Of a stretch of DNA of 64,000 nt, positions 52,827 to 62,427 are shown in pieces. Positions within the stretch are counted from its first letter, which is position 1. Every line of letters begins with the position of its first letter. Origin of the DNA: an uncultured Thermotogae bacterium (GTDB lineage: Bacteria; Bipolaricaulota; Bipolaricaulia; RBG-16-55-9; JAJCYT01); contig CAZNGF010000003.1 in the NCBI GenBank assembly GCA_964572855.1, forward strand, positions 81 to 64,080, in the 5' to 3' direction. Below the pieces are notes generated by a model, which saw only the letters and a program-made list of their open reading frames with translations, searched no databases and was not told the DNA's origin. Made by a program: the position numbers and the translations under genes.

Positions 52827-54956
52827 ATGACAGCGTTTAGACGTGTATTTCTGTTGGCACTGGTCGCGTTATTCGTCGTGGGGGGAGCGTGGCAGGGGTG
52901 GGCACAGCCGTCCGACACCCACGATATTTTCTTCCTGATCGAGCAGGGGGACTTCTCGGTTCCGATCACCCCGATCAGCCAGGATGGGTCTGCCTTTGCC
53001 TTTTACAACTTCAACAACGACCAGTCGAACACCGGGCTCGAGGTGCCGGAGCACAGCCTGATCGTGCTGCACGTGGACCGCACCACGGACAACGTGAGCC
53101 TGATCCTGATTCAGAGCTCGCCGCAGAACCCGGCGGGCGGCTCGGCCAGCTTCTCGTTCGACGGGCTGCCGGCCGGCGCCCAGATCGCGCTGCGCGACGA
53201 CGAGACCGACACCTACAACTTCACGCCGCCCACCGCGCAGATGAGCTGGCAGTGGCTGCCGGAGCACAGCGACGGCGTCGTGATTAACAACCTGGGCGAT
53301 GAGTTCGAGCTCACGATCACCCCGAACTTCATCTCGGGGATCAACGCCTGGGACGTCGTCGACGGCGAGACGCGCAGCCCGACGAGCCTGCCCAACCTGT
53401 TCGATCCCGTCACGATCCGGGGCACCCGCAACGCCCCGCCCGAGCCTCGCTTCTCGGTGACCCCGGAGAGCATCAACATCAACGTGGCGGTGACCTTCGA
53501 CGCCAGCGAGTCGTTCGACTCCGACGGCACCATCGCCAAGTACGAATGGGATTTCGACGGCGACGGCGTCTTCGACGTCGAGACCACGCGCCCCACGGTG
53601 CAGCACACCTTCAGCTCGGGTGGCACGGCCGAGGTCACGCTGCGCGTCACCGACTCCAGCGGCGGCACGGCCGAGACCACGCGCACGTTCACGATTGCCG
53701 AGGAGATCGTCTCGGCGACGCGCACGATCTCGACGCCGCAGGCGCTGCCGGGGCTTGCCTTCCGCGTGCGGGTCGACCTCACGATGCGCGCCGACGTCAA
53801 CGGCCTGGGCCTGGACGAATCCCTGCCCTCGGGCTGGGAGGTCACCCCGATCGACAACGCCGGGGCCACCTTCAAGCGCGCCGAGAACCAGTGGGTGTTC
53901 CCGTCGATCCTGCGCGCCGGCGAGACGCGCCGCATCGTCTACGACGTCACGGTGCAGCCCGGCGCGGTCAGCAGCGGGCCGCTGCCCGCGCGCCTCGAGA
54001 TCGCCGGCGACGTCGACAGCGCCTCGCCCGCGTTCCGCTCGGCCGTCATCGGCGAGCGCGGCGTGGAGATCACGAGTTGCCTGTCGATCCCGGTGGCGCT
54101 GGCCCACTTGGACCCGAACACCGACGTGGTGGACCTGCGCAACAGTGAAGAGATCAACTTCGACCAACTGCAGCGGGCCGTGACCTTCTGGATCGAGGAG
54201 ATCGGCGTGCCGCAAACCTGCGACGCGCTCGTCGACCTCGAGATGCTCAAGACGCTCACGGCGCGCGAGCTCACCAACACGCCGGTGGACCAGCCGCTGC
54301 AGCAGCTCGACTTCGCCGACGTGATCCAGCCCACGGCCACGCGCACCGTGCTCACGCCGCTGCCCTTCCACCAGCTCTACCTGCCCGCGCCGGAGGGCGA
54401 CGCCTTCCGCGTGCGACTCGACGTGAGCGCGGATCAGGACGTCCAGGGGCTGGCCGTGAGCGAGAACCTGCCGCAGACTTGGCAGCTGCGCCCGGTCAAC
54501 AACGCCGGCGCCTCGTTCAACCCGCGCACCCGGGAGTGGCTCTTCACCGAGCGGGTGCTGGCGGGCGAGACGCGCAGTATCGTCTACGAGGTCGTGGTGG
54601 ACGAGGACGAGACCAGTGGGTCGTTTGCGATCAGCGGCTCGGTCTCCAGCGCGCTGCCGAGCTTCCAGGCGGCGGCGCAGCAGGACGGCGCGGTCGAGGT
54701 GGTGGAGTGCCTGAGCGTGCCGGTGGCCATCGCCCACCTGAACACGCGCGAAGAGACCATCGACATCTCGCTCTCGAATCAAATCAGCTTCGACCAAATC
54801 CAGGCGGCCATCGCCTTCTGGCTCGAGGACCAGGAAGTCGTGGGCACGTGCGGCAAGACCATCGACTTCGAGGACATCAAGGCGCTGATCGCGGCCTGGC
54901 TCACCGACACGCCGGTCGACCAGCCCCTGAGCGAGACGCCGGGGCGGGAGTTCTAG
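52827..54956 (+). CDS. Secreted PKD protein with two Ig-like + helical (dockerin-like) repeat modules
   Basis: Signal peptide; PKD FDASESFDSDGTIAKYEWDFDGDG; two copies of ATRT...FRVR.D.....V.GL...E.LP..W...DNAGA.F...W.F...AGETR.IVY.V followed by I.FDQ.Q.A..FW...TC...D...TPVD. Confidence 0.88.
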   Translation: MTAFRRVFLLALVALFVVGGAWQGWAQPSDTHDIFFLIEQGDFSVPITPISQDGSAFAFYNFNNDQSNTGLEVPEHSLIVLHVDRTTDNVSLILIQSSPQNPAGGSASFSFDGLPAGAQIALRDDETDTYNFTPPTAQMSWQWLPEHSDGVVINNLGDEFELTITPNFISGINAWDVVDGETRSPTSLPNLFDPVTIRGTRNAPPEPRFSVTPESININVAVTFDASESFDSDGTIAKYEWDFDGDGVFDVETTRPTVQHTFSSGGTAEVTLRVTDSSGGTAETTRTFTIAEEIVSATRTISTPQALPGLAFRVRVDLTMRADVNGLGLDESLPSGWEVTPIDNAGATFKRAENQWVFPSILRAGETRRIVYDVTVQPGAVSSGPLPARLEIAGDVDSASPAFRSAVIGERGVEITSCLSIPVALAHLDPNTDVVDLRNSEEINFDQLQRAVTFWIEEIGVPQTCDALVDLEMLKTLTARELTNTPVDQPLQQLDFADVIQPTATRTVLTPLPFHQLYLPAPEGDAFRVRLDVSADQDVQGLAVSENLPQTWQLRPVNNAGASFNPRTREWLFTERVLAGETRSIVYEVVVDEDETSGSFAISGSVSSALPSFQAAAQQDGAVEVVECLSVPVAIAHLNTREETIDISLSNQISFDQIQAAIAFWLEDQEVVGTCGKTIDFEDIKALIAAWLTDTPVDQPLSETPGREF

Positions 54957-55051
54957 CGCGCCGGCGGGGGGAGGCGACCCGTCACGCAAACGAAAATGCC
55001 CGCAACGGGAGCAGCCACAGCGGCGCCCACGGGCGCCGCAGAAGGAGGAGG

Positions 55052-56938
55052 ATGAGCTTGTCAAGGAGATGGATCTATCCGTTCGCGTTCATCGTGTTTT
55101 GTCTGGTGCCCGTGGTGGGGGCCTGGGCCCAGGCGCAAACGTCGTCCGACCTGCAGCTGCTGCACAACGTGACCCCGAACGAGATCTTCGTGCGGGACGC
55201 GGCCGACGACTCGCCCCGCACCGCCGAGGTGGACCTGTCGCTGCGCGCCGGCGAGGGCGACGACCTCCCGCTGGACCTCGTGCTCGTGTTCGACCGTTCG
55301 GCCACGGCCGACGTCGACTTCTTGCACGAGGTGGGCGAGGCGTTCCTGAGCACGCTGGGGCGCGACGACCGCGTCGCGCTGGTCTCGTTCGCGGAAAGCG
55401 CCTCGGTGGACGTCGAGCTCACCAACTCGGCCACGGCGCTGCGCCGCGGACTCGAGGGGCTGCGCAACCAGGGCAAGACCGCCGTGGGCGACGGGCTGTT
55501 CGCCGCCACCCAGCACTTGCTGCAGCGCGGCCGCGACGGGGCGCTCTGGGTCGAGGTGCTGGTCACCGACGGGCGGGCCAACGCCGGGCGCGACCCCGAA
55601 CTGCAGGCCCAGCGCGCGGCCGACAACGGCGCGCTCTTGTTCACGGTCGGCACCGGGCGCAACCCCGCTGAGGACCTGCTGCGCACGCTGGCCGAGGTCG
55701 CGGGGGGCGCCTTCTTCCGCAGTTTCAGCTTCGACCTGGTCGACGAGGTGCTGGCGCGCACCGAGTTCACGGTGGCGGCGCGCGACCTTCTGATCGTCGA
55801 GACGCTTTCGGCCGGGATCCTCTACGAGGGCGCCTCGCTCAACCCGCCGGACGCCGTGCGCGCCGACGGACTGCGCGGCACGCGGCTGGAGTGGCGGCTG
55901 GATTCGCTTGACGCCGGGGAGGAGTGGCGCACGCGCTACCGCGTGAGCGCCGAACAGGAGGGGGTGCAGACGTTAAACCAGAGCCCGTCCGAGCTCAGCT
56001 TCGAGGACTTCCGCGGCCAGCGCGTTACCCAGGCGCTCCCGACGCTGCGCTTTTCCGTGCGCGGCCCGCGCCCGGCCAACGCGCGCCCCACGGCCGACTT
56101 CGGCTTCTCGCCGGAGGGGCCCAGCACGCGCGACGAGGTGCAGTTTACCGACCGTTCCAGCGACCCCGACGGCTCGCTCACGGCCTGGGAATGGGACTTC
56201 GGCGACGGGGCGACTTCCAGCGAGCGCAGCCCGACGCACCGCTACGCCCGCGACGGGCGCTACACGGTGTCGCTCACCGTGACCGACGACCGGGACGGCC
56301 AGCAAACCGTCACGCGCACGATCACGGTCTCGACCAAGCGGCTCAGCGTCGTGCGCACCATCGAGACCTTCCTGCCCACGGACACGACCCTGGCCGGCGA
56401 GACCTTCCGGGTCACGCTCGAGATCAGGGCCAACGAGAGCTTCAACGGCCTGGGCGTGGACGAGAACCTGCCCGAAGGCTGGACCGTCACGACCGTGGAC
56501 AACGGCGGCGCGCGCTTCAAGCCGGACGCGCTGCAGTGGGTGTTTTTGGAGAACGTGTTGCCCGAGGAGACGCGCACCATCACCTACGACGTGATCGTGC
56601 CCGAGAACGCCCAGCCGGGCGTCTACAACTTCAACGGCATCGCCACCAGCGCCTCGCCGCAGCTCGAGACCAAGGTCGACGGCGACAGCCAGGTCGAGAT
56701 CAAGGGCAGCCTCGACGTCGAGCTGGTGCTCTCGCGCTGGGACACCCAGGCCGACGCGCTCGACCTGCAGCTCTCCGACGAAATCAGCTTCGAGCAGGTC
56801 CAGCTGGCGGTGGCCTGGTGGCTCGACGGCAGCGTCGTGCCGCACAGCGGCGGCAAGGTGATCGACTTCTTCACGGTGCAGCGCGTGATCGCGCGCTGGC
56901 TCACGGGCACCCCGGTGGACGAGGCACTCGAGACTTAA
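55052..56938 (+). CDS. Secreted VWA + PKD protein with one Ig-like + helical repeat module
   Basis: ATG 55052 with AAGGAGG; VWA LVFDRS, DRVALVSF, TAVGDGL, LVTDGRAN; PKD SDPDG....WEWDFGDG; same C-terminal module as the upstream gene. Confidence 0.88.
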   Translation: MSLSRRWIYPFAFIVFCLVPVVGAWAQAQTSSDLQLLHNVTPNEIFVRDAADDSPRTAEVDLSLRAGEGDDLPLDLVLVFDRSATADVDFLHEVGEAFLSTLGRDDRVALVSFAESASVDVELTNSATALRRGLEGLRNQGKTAVGDGLFAATQHLLQRGRDGALWVEVLVTDGRANAGRDPELQAQRAADNGALLFTVGTGRNPAEDLLRTLAEVAGGAFFRSFSFDLVDEVLARTEFTVAARDLLIVETLSAGILYEGASLNPPDAVRADGLRGTRLEWRLDSLDAGEEWRTRYRVSAEQEGVQTLNQSPSELSFEDFRGQRVTQALPTLRFSVRGPRPANARPTADFGFSPEGPSTRDEVQFTDRSSDPDGSLTAWEWDFGDGATSSERSPTHRYARDGRYTVSLTVTDDRDGQQTVTRTITVSTKRLSVVRTIETFLPTDTTLAGETFRVTLEIRANESFNGLGVDENLPEGWTVTTVDNGGARFKPDALQWVFLENVLPEETRTITYDVIVPENAQPGVYNFNGIATSASPQLETKVDGDSQVEIKGSLDVELVLSRWDTQADALDLQLSDEISFEQVQLAVAWWLDGSVVPHSGGKVIDFFTVQRVIARWLTGTPVDEALET

Positions 56939-56955
56939 AAGGAGCGTGTCCCCTT

Positions 56956-57681
56956 ATGCGTAGTCGTTGGTTGCTGACGGCGTGGATCCTGATCGGACTG
57001 TCGGGCGTGGGCGGCTGGGCCTCGGAGGCCAACCCGCCGGTGGCCTCTTTTTTGGTTTCCCCCGAGCAGCCCACCACCAACGACGCCGTCACGCTCGACG
57101 CCGCCGCCTCCTACGGGCGCGACGCCGAGCTGACGCGCTACGAGTGGGACTTCGACGGGGACGGCACCTTCGACCGCAGCACGACCCAGTCAAGCGTGCG
57201 GCACTTCTTCGCCGAGCCGGGCAGCTACCGCGTCACGCTGCGGGTGTTCGACCGCGCCGACGGGCGGGCCACCTTCTTCCGCGACCTCGAGGTGTTGTCC
57301 TCGCCCGTGGTGGCGCGCCGCACGTTCGAGACCGCGCTCAACGACAACCGCGTGCTGGCCGGCGGCGCCGTCACCGTGACCGTCACGGTCCGCGTCGACG
57401 AGGAATTGAGCGGGATGGGCTTGGCCGAAGCGCTGCCCGCGGGCTGGCGCGCCCGCCCGATCGACGACGACGGCGCGCTGTTCAAGCGCGAGGGCGAGCG
57501 GCTACAGTGGCTCTGGTCCGAGGTGCTTGCCCCGGGGCGCACGCTCACCGTGCGCTACAGTCTGACCGTGAGCGACACGGCCCCGCGCGGCACCTACGCC
57601 CTCGACGGCCGCCTCACCAGCTTCGGCCAGCACCGCTTCGACCTGCCGGTCCACAGCCGCGACCTGCTGGAAGTCCTGTAG
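56956..57681 (+). CDS. Secreted PKD protein with one Ig-like repeat (no helical module)
   Basis: ATG 56956 with AAGGAG; signal peptide; YEWDFDGDG; GMGLAEALPAGW...DDDGALFK...QWLW. Confidence 0.85.
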   Translation: MRSRWLLTAWILIGLSGVGGWASEANPPVASFLVSPEQPTTNDAVTLDAAASYGRDAELTRYEWDFDGDGTFDRSTTQSSVRHFFAEPGSYRVTLRVFDRADGRATFFRDLEVLSSPVVARRTFETALNDNRVLAGGAVTVTVTVRVDEELSGMGLAEALPAGWRARPIDDDGALFKREGERLQWLWSEVLAPGRTLTVRYSLTVSDTAPRGTYALDGRLTSFGQHRFDLPVHSRDLLEVL

Positions 57682-57723
57682 CACCCTTCGGGCCGCAGCC
57701 CCCGCGCAAACGCCCTTGAACAC

Positions 57724-57750
57724 GGGGCCCGGCCGGGCCCCGCTTTCCTT
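57724..57750 (+). terminator. Hairpin after the surface operon
   Basis: GGGGCCCGG-CCGGGCCCC followed by GCTTTCCTT. Confidence 0.45.
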
Positions 57751-57794
57751 CCCGCAACCGTTCCGACCGCAAGCCCCCCTTCCTGTGGGCACTA

Positions 57795-57824
57795 TTGACG
57801 GAAGCGGGCCACATGTGCTATGAT
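57795..57824 (+). promoter_or_regulatory. sigma70 promoter of the DeoR gene
   Basis: TTGACG-N18-TATGAT with extended TG; it overlaps the ORF-track ATG at 57820, so the start is more likely TTG 57856. Confidence 0.6.
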
Positions 57825-57855
57825 CGGGACGAGAACGAAAGGATTCAGAAGCAAT

Positions 57856-58611
57856 TTGCTAGTAGATGAAAGGCGTCATCGAATCGCTTCCCTGGTATCG
57901 ACGCGCGGGGCCATCACGGTGGCCGAGTTGAGCGAGCAGCTGGGGGTGTCGGCGGTGACCATCCGCTCCGACCTGGAGGCGCTGGAACAGCGCGGATTGC
58001 TCAAGCGGAACCACGGCGGCGCCGTGGCCACGCAGGTCCTTCGTTACGCCCCCGACTTCCTGGAACGCTCCAGCCACCACCGCCAGGAAAAGGAGCGCAT
58101 CGCGCAGGCCGCCGCCGAATTGATTCAAGACGGCGACCGGATCATTCTGGACGCGGGCAGCACGACGTTGGCGCTGGCGCGCCAGCTCCATCGCCGCGAA
58201 TTGAGCGTGATCACCAACTCCATGTACCTGCTGAACGAACTGGCCAACGCGCCCCGGATCGAACTGGTGGCTCTGGGCGGGACGTTGTACCAGCCGAACC
58301 TGTGTTTCGTCGGCCCGCTGGCCGAGGCGTTCTTGGACGGCGTGCACGTGACCAAGGCCTTTCTGGGCGTCAACGGGGTCTCGCCCCGCGGGATCTCGGC
58401 CGCCAACGCCCTGGAAGCCGGCATCAAGCGCCGCATGGTGTGGGCGGCCGACCGAACCGTCGTGTTGAGCGACACCTCGAAGGTCGGGGTCGAGAGCTTC
58501 GTCTCGATCGCGCCGCTGAACCGGGTCCACCAACTCATCACGGGCTGCGAGCTGGCCGCGCCGCAGCGGGCGGCGCTCGACGAAGCGGGGCTCGACGTGG
58601 TGATGGCCTGA
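57856..58611 (+). CDS. DeoR/GlpR family transcriptional regulator
   Basis: ERRHRI...VSAVTIRSDL..LE..GLLKRNHGGA; ILDAGSTT, VITNS, LGG, AFLG, DTSK. Confidence 0.93.
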   Translation: MLVDERRHRIASLVSTRGAITVAELSEQLGVSAVTIRSDLEALEQRGLLKRNHGGAVATQVLRYAPDFLERSSHHRQEKERIAQAAAELIQDGDRIILDAGSTTLALARQLHRRELSVITNSMYLLNELANAPRIELVALGGTLYQPNLCFVGPLAEAFLDGVHVTKAFLGVNGVSPRGISAANALEAGIKRRMVWAADRTVVLSDTSKVGVESFVSIAPLNRVHQLITGCELAAPQRAALDEAGLDVVMA

Positions 58612-58735
58612 ACCCGGAAGAGCTGATTGGGGTCATTGTGCCGCAACGACCACGCAGCAAGGATGGGAGCCGATACCCCATCGGAGCTGGAGCGCCTGAT
58701 AAGACGCACGATTCGAACGCGAAGGGAGGTGAGAC

Positions 58736-58786
58736 ATGGAACAACGCTTCCGGTCGTATCGAGTCTGCCGTTACGCAAAACAATAG
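58736..58786 (+). CDS. Putative 16-aa leader uORF (MEQRFRSYRVCRYAKQ)
   Basis: Strong SD GGAGGTGA just before the ATG; its TAG overlaps the AGGAGG SD of the SBP gene. Confidence 0.4.
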   Translation: MEQRFRSYRVCRYAKQ

Positions 58787-58801
58787 GAGGGAGTTCACAC
58801 C

Positions 58802-60148
58802 ATGTTAAAGCGAAGCTTTACCGTTCTACTCATCGCGGTGTTCGCCTTTGCCGGCATGTTCGCCATGACCTCGTCCAACGCCGCCCAGGCGCAGGACAAG
58901 GAGGTCGTCACGTTCGTGACCAGCTTCGAGGGCGACGAGCTGGCCGACTTCCGACGCATCGTCGAGAACTTCAACTCGGAGAGCGAGGCCACCGAGGTGC
59001 GGGTCGAGGCCGTGGGCCGCAACCTGAACCAGATCCTCAACTCGCGCGTGGCCGCCGGCAACCCGCCGGACATGGCCAACTTCCCGCAGCCCGGCGTCGT
59101 GGTCGAGTTCGCCCAAACCGGCGACCTCGTGCCGATCGACGGCATGCTGAGCGACGAGATCCTGGCCCAGCAGCCGCAGGGCTTCCTGGACTTCGGGACC
59201 GTGGACGGCCAGCTGGTGGGCGTCACCCCGATCGCCAGCCTCAAGAGCCTGGTGTGGTACAACAAGCCCGCCTTCGAGGCCGGCGGCTATGAGATCCCGG
59301 GCAGCCTGCAGGAGCTCAAAACCCTGACCGAGCAGATCGCCGCCGACGGCACGACGCCCTGGTGCATCGGCGTCGAGAGCGGCGCGGCCTCCGGCTGGCC
59401 GGGGACCGACTGGATGGAGGACCTGGCGCTGCGCATGTTCGGCGCCGAGTTCTACGACGCCTGGGTGGACCACGACATCCCGTGGACCGACGAGCGCGTC
59501 AAGGAGCTGTTCGAGGAGTTCCTGTTCTTCACCCGCGACGAGCACGTCTTCGGCGGTTCGACCAACGTGCTGGCCACCAACTTCGGCGACGCCGTGGCCG
59601 GGCTGGTCAACGACCCGGTGGACTGCCTCATGCACCGGCAGGCCACCTTCATCCGCGAGTTCATCGCCAACGCGAACCCCGACGTCGTCTTCGGCGAGGA
59701 GATCGACGTGTTCATCTTCCCGCCGGGCCCCGCGCAGAACCTCGACGGCGGCCCCGCGCCCATCCTGGGTGGCGGCGACGTGTTCGCGGCCTTCAACGAG
59801 AGCGACGGCGTGGCCGAATTCCTGAACTACGTGGCCTCGGTCGAGGCCCAGCGCCTCTGGGCCCTGCTGAACCCGGGCCGCATCGGCACCAACGCGGCGC
59901 TGCCGCTGAGCGTCTACGTGGACGCCGACGGCAACCCCGACCAGATCACGCGCAACGCGGCGCAGGCCCTGACCAGCGCCGAGCTGTTCCGCTTCGACGG
60001 GTCGGACCTGATGCCGGGCGCCGTGGGCGCCGGCAGCTTCTGGACCGGCGTGCTGGACGCGGTCAGCGGCGAAAGCCTGGACACCGTGTTGCAGAACATC
60101 GAGGCCACCGCGGACGACGCCTACACCACGGGCGCGGCCACGGACTAA
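58802..60148 (+). CDS. Alpha-glucoside ABC substrate-binding protein (AglE/GgtB-like)
   Basis: GNPPD..FPQPG, KSLVWY, PWCIGVESG.ASGWPGTDW, HRQATFI, FRFDGSDLMP.AVG..SFW. Confidence 0.9.
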   Translation: MLKRSFTVLLIAVFAFAGMFAMTSSNAAQAQDKEVVTFVTSFEGDELADFRRIVENFNSESEATEVRVEAVGRNLNQILNSRVAAGNPPDMANFPQPGVVVEFAQTGDLVPIDGMLSDEILAQQPQGFLDFGTVDGQLVGVTPIASLKSLVWYNKPAFEAGGYEIPGSLQELKTLTEQIAADGTTPWCIGVESGAASGWPGTDWMEDLALRMFGAEFYDAWVDHDIPWTDERVKELFEEFLFFTRDEHVFGGSTNVLATNFGDAVAGLVNDPVDCLMHRQATFIREFIANANPDVVFGEEIDVFIFPPGPAQNLDGGPAPILGGGDVFAAFNESDGVAEFLNYVASVEAQRLWALLNPGRIGTNAALPLSVYVDADGNPDQITRNAAQALTSAELFRFDGSDLMPGAVGAGSFWTGVLDAVSGESLDTVLQNIEATADDAYTTGAATD

Positions 60149-60168
60149 GCGACGCTCACGCGAGCACG

Positions 60169-60200
60169 AAGGGGGCGGGGCCGCCGGCCCCGCCCCTTTT
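60169..60200 (+). terminator. Hairpin plus U-tract after the SBP gene
   Basis: AAGGGGGCGGGGCC-GCC-GGCCCCGCCCCTTTT. Confidence 0.7.
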
Positions 60201-60233
60201 CACTAGCCCCCGCGGACGCCGGGGAGGGGAAGG

Positions 60234-61520
60234 TTGATCCGCATGCAGCAACAACGATGGTACGTGCCCTGGCTCTACATCCTGCCCGCGCTTGCCATCC
60301 TCGGGACGCTGCTCGTCTATCCGATGATCGACACGCTCATCGCCAGCTTCTTTGACAATTACTATCGACCCTCCGAGCGCGCCCCGACGACGTTCGTGGG
60401 CTGGGACAACTACACCGACGCCTTCAACGACAACGCCATGATCATCGCGTTCCGCAACAACGCGCTCTGGCTCCTGTTGATGACCTCGATGACGGTCGGG
60501 CTCGGGCTCGTGCTGGCCGTGCTGCTGGACCGGGTGAAGTACGAGGTGGTGGCCAAATCGGTCATCTTCATGCCCATGGCCATCTCGTTCACGGCCGCCT
60601 CGGTCATCTGGCGCTTCGTCTACGCCTTCAAGCCGCCCAGCCAACCCCAGATCGGCTTGTTGAACGGCTTTCTGTCCAGCGTGCGCGACCTGATGGCCAA
60701 CCCCGCCGTGCTCCAGACGCTCACGGTCTTGCTCTACGTCACCGGCGGGATTGCGCTCTTGCTCTGGCTCATCGGGATCTTCCGCTCGGTGAGCGAGACC
60801 CTGCTCGCCTACAAGGAGGAGGGCCGTTGGCCGAGCTTGGCCTACGTCATCCTTGGCGGCTTCCTCATGATCGCGCTCCATTACCTCATCACCTGGGGAC
60901 TCGGGACGCCCGCGTCCGGCTCGGCGCTCGAGATGGTCTGGGGCGCGTTGCTGGGGGCCGGCGTCGTGTTGCTGCTGTTCCCGCCGCTGCGGGACAAGCG
61001 CCTGGCCGCGCCGTTCGTGGTCACGCTCATGGTCGCCCTCGTGCTGGAGTTTTTGGTGTCCCAGGTGGGCTTCGAGCCCAAGTTCTGGCTCATCGAGCGC
61101 CCCTGGGTCAACAACGTGGCCCTGATCGTGCCGGGCATCTGGATCTGGACCGGCTTTAGCATGGTTATCCTCTCGGCGGCCTACAAGGGGATCCCGGCCG
61201 ACCTGCTCGAGGCCGCCCGCATCGACGGGGCCAACGAGTGGCAGGTGTTCTGGAACATCATCATCCCGTTCATGAAGTCCACCCTGGCCGTGGTCACGAC
61301 CACCATCGTCATCTTCGTGCTCAAGATGTTCGACATCGTCTACGTCATGACCAACGGCAACTACGGCACCGAGGTGCTGGCCAACCGCATGTTCCGCACC
61401 ATGGTCGACTTCCGCGACTACGAGAAGGCCAACGCCATCGCGGTCGTGCTGCTGCTGTTGACGATCCCGTTCATCTACATCAACATCCGCCGCTTCCGGG
61501 TCCAGGAGGAGATGCGCTAA
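60234..61520 (+). CDS. Carbohydrate ABC permease (AglF-like) with internal TM insertion
   Basis: FVGWDNY, KSVIFMPMAIS, QIGLLN, WIWTGF.MVILSAA.KGIP..LLEAARIDGA; start 60234 or 60243. Confidence 0.9.
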   Translation: MIRMQQQRWYVPWLYILPALAILGTLLVYPMIDTLIASFFDNYYRPSERAPTTFVGWDNYTDAFNDNAMIIAFRNNALWLLLMTSMTVGLGLVLAVLLDRVKYEVVAKSVIFMPMAISFTAASVIWRFVYAFKPPSQPQIGLLNGFLSSVRDLMANPAVLQTLTVLLYVTGGIALLLWLIGIFRSVSETLLAYKEEGRWPSLAYVILGGFLMIALHYLITWGLGTPASGSALEMVWGALLGAGVVLLLFPPLRDKRLAAPFVVTLMVALVLEFLVSQVGFEPKFWLIERPWVNNVALIVPGIWIWTGFSMVILSAAYKGIPADLLEAARIDGANEWQVFWNIIIPFMKSTLAVVTTTIVIFVLKMFDIVYVMTNGNYGTEVLANRMFRTMVDFRDYEKANAIAVVLLLLTIPFIYINIRRFRVQEEMR

Positions 61521-62377
61521 TGAACAAAGTCAGACGTTTCCTCGGCGCGATCCCGATCCACTTTGTCATCGTCGTGGTCGGGTTCATCTGGCTGCTGCCC
61601 TCGGTGGGCATCTTCGTGACCTCGTTCCGGCCCCGCAGCGAGATCATCGACTCGGGCTGGTGGAGCGTGCTCATGTTCCCGTTCGAGTTCAGCCAGCTCA
61701 CGATCCAGAACTACGTCGACGTGCTCACCCAGGAGGGGCTGCTGCAGTCGTTTTTCAACAGCATCCAGATCGCGATCCCCGCCACGCTCATCCCGATCCT
61801 GGTGGGGGCGTTTGCGGCCTACGCCTTCGCCTGGATGAAGTTCCGCGGGCGCAACCTGCTGCTCATGCTCGTGATCGGGCTCATCGTGATCCCGCTGCAG
61901 GTCACCTTCATCCCGGTGCTGACGCTGTTTACCAAGGTCGGCCTGGGCGGGACGCTGGTGGGCTTGTGGCTGGCGCACGCGGGCTACGGGCTGCCGCTGT
62001 TGGTTTACCTGCTCAGGAACTTCATGGGCGGGCTGCCCAAGGAGCTGTTCGAGTCGGCCTTCATCGACGGGGCCTCGCACTGGACGGCCTTCTATCGCCT
62101 CGTGCTGCCGCTGTCGCTGCCGGTGCTGGCCTCGCTGTTCATCTTCCAGTTCCTCTGGGTCTGGAACGACCTGCTGGTGGCGCTGGTCTACGTGGGCGGC
62201 GCCCAGGAGACCGCGCCCATGACGCTCACGATCTCCAACATGATCGGCGCGCGCGGCGAGGACTGGCACCTGCTCACGGCCGCGGCCTTCGTCTCGATGA
62301 TCGTGCCGCTGATCGTGTTCTTCTCGCTGCAGCGCTTCTTCGTGCGCGGCATCCTGGCCGGCTCGCTCAAGGGGTGA
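61520..62377 (+). CDS. Carbohydrate ABC permease (AglG-like)
   Basis: TSFRP, SGWW, AAYAFAWM.F.GR, LFESAFIDGA, IFQFLWVWNDL, LQRFFVRG; ATG overlaps the upstream TAA. Confidence 0.92.
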   Translation: MNKVRRFLGAIPIHFVIVVVGFIWLLPSVGIFVTSFRPRSEIIDSGWWSVLMFPFEFSQLTIQNYVDVLTQEGLLQSFFNSIQIAIPATLIPILVGAFAAYAFAWMKFRGRNLLLMLVIGLIVIPLQVTFIPVLTLFTKVGLGGTLVGLWLAHAGYGLPLLVYLLRNFMGGLPKELFESAFIDGASHWTAFYRLVLPLSLPVLASLFIFQFLWVWNDLLVALVYVGGAQETAPMTLTISNMIGARGEDWHLLTAAAFVSMIVPLIVFFSLQRFFVRGILAGSLKG

Positions 62378-62427
62378 GAAGCATCGAAGCTTGCAGGCGG
62401 GTCAGCCCGAACGATGTCGGGGTTTTG

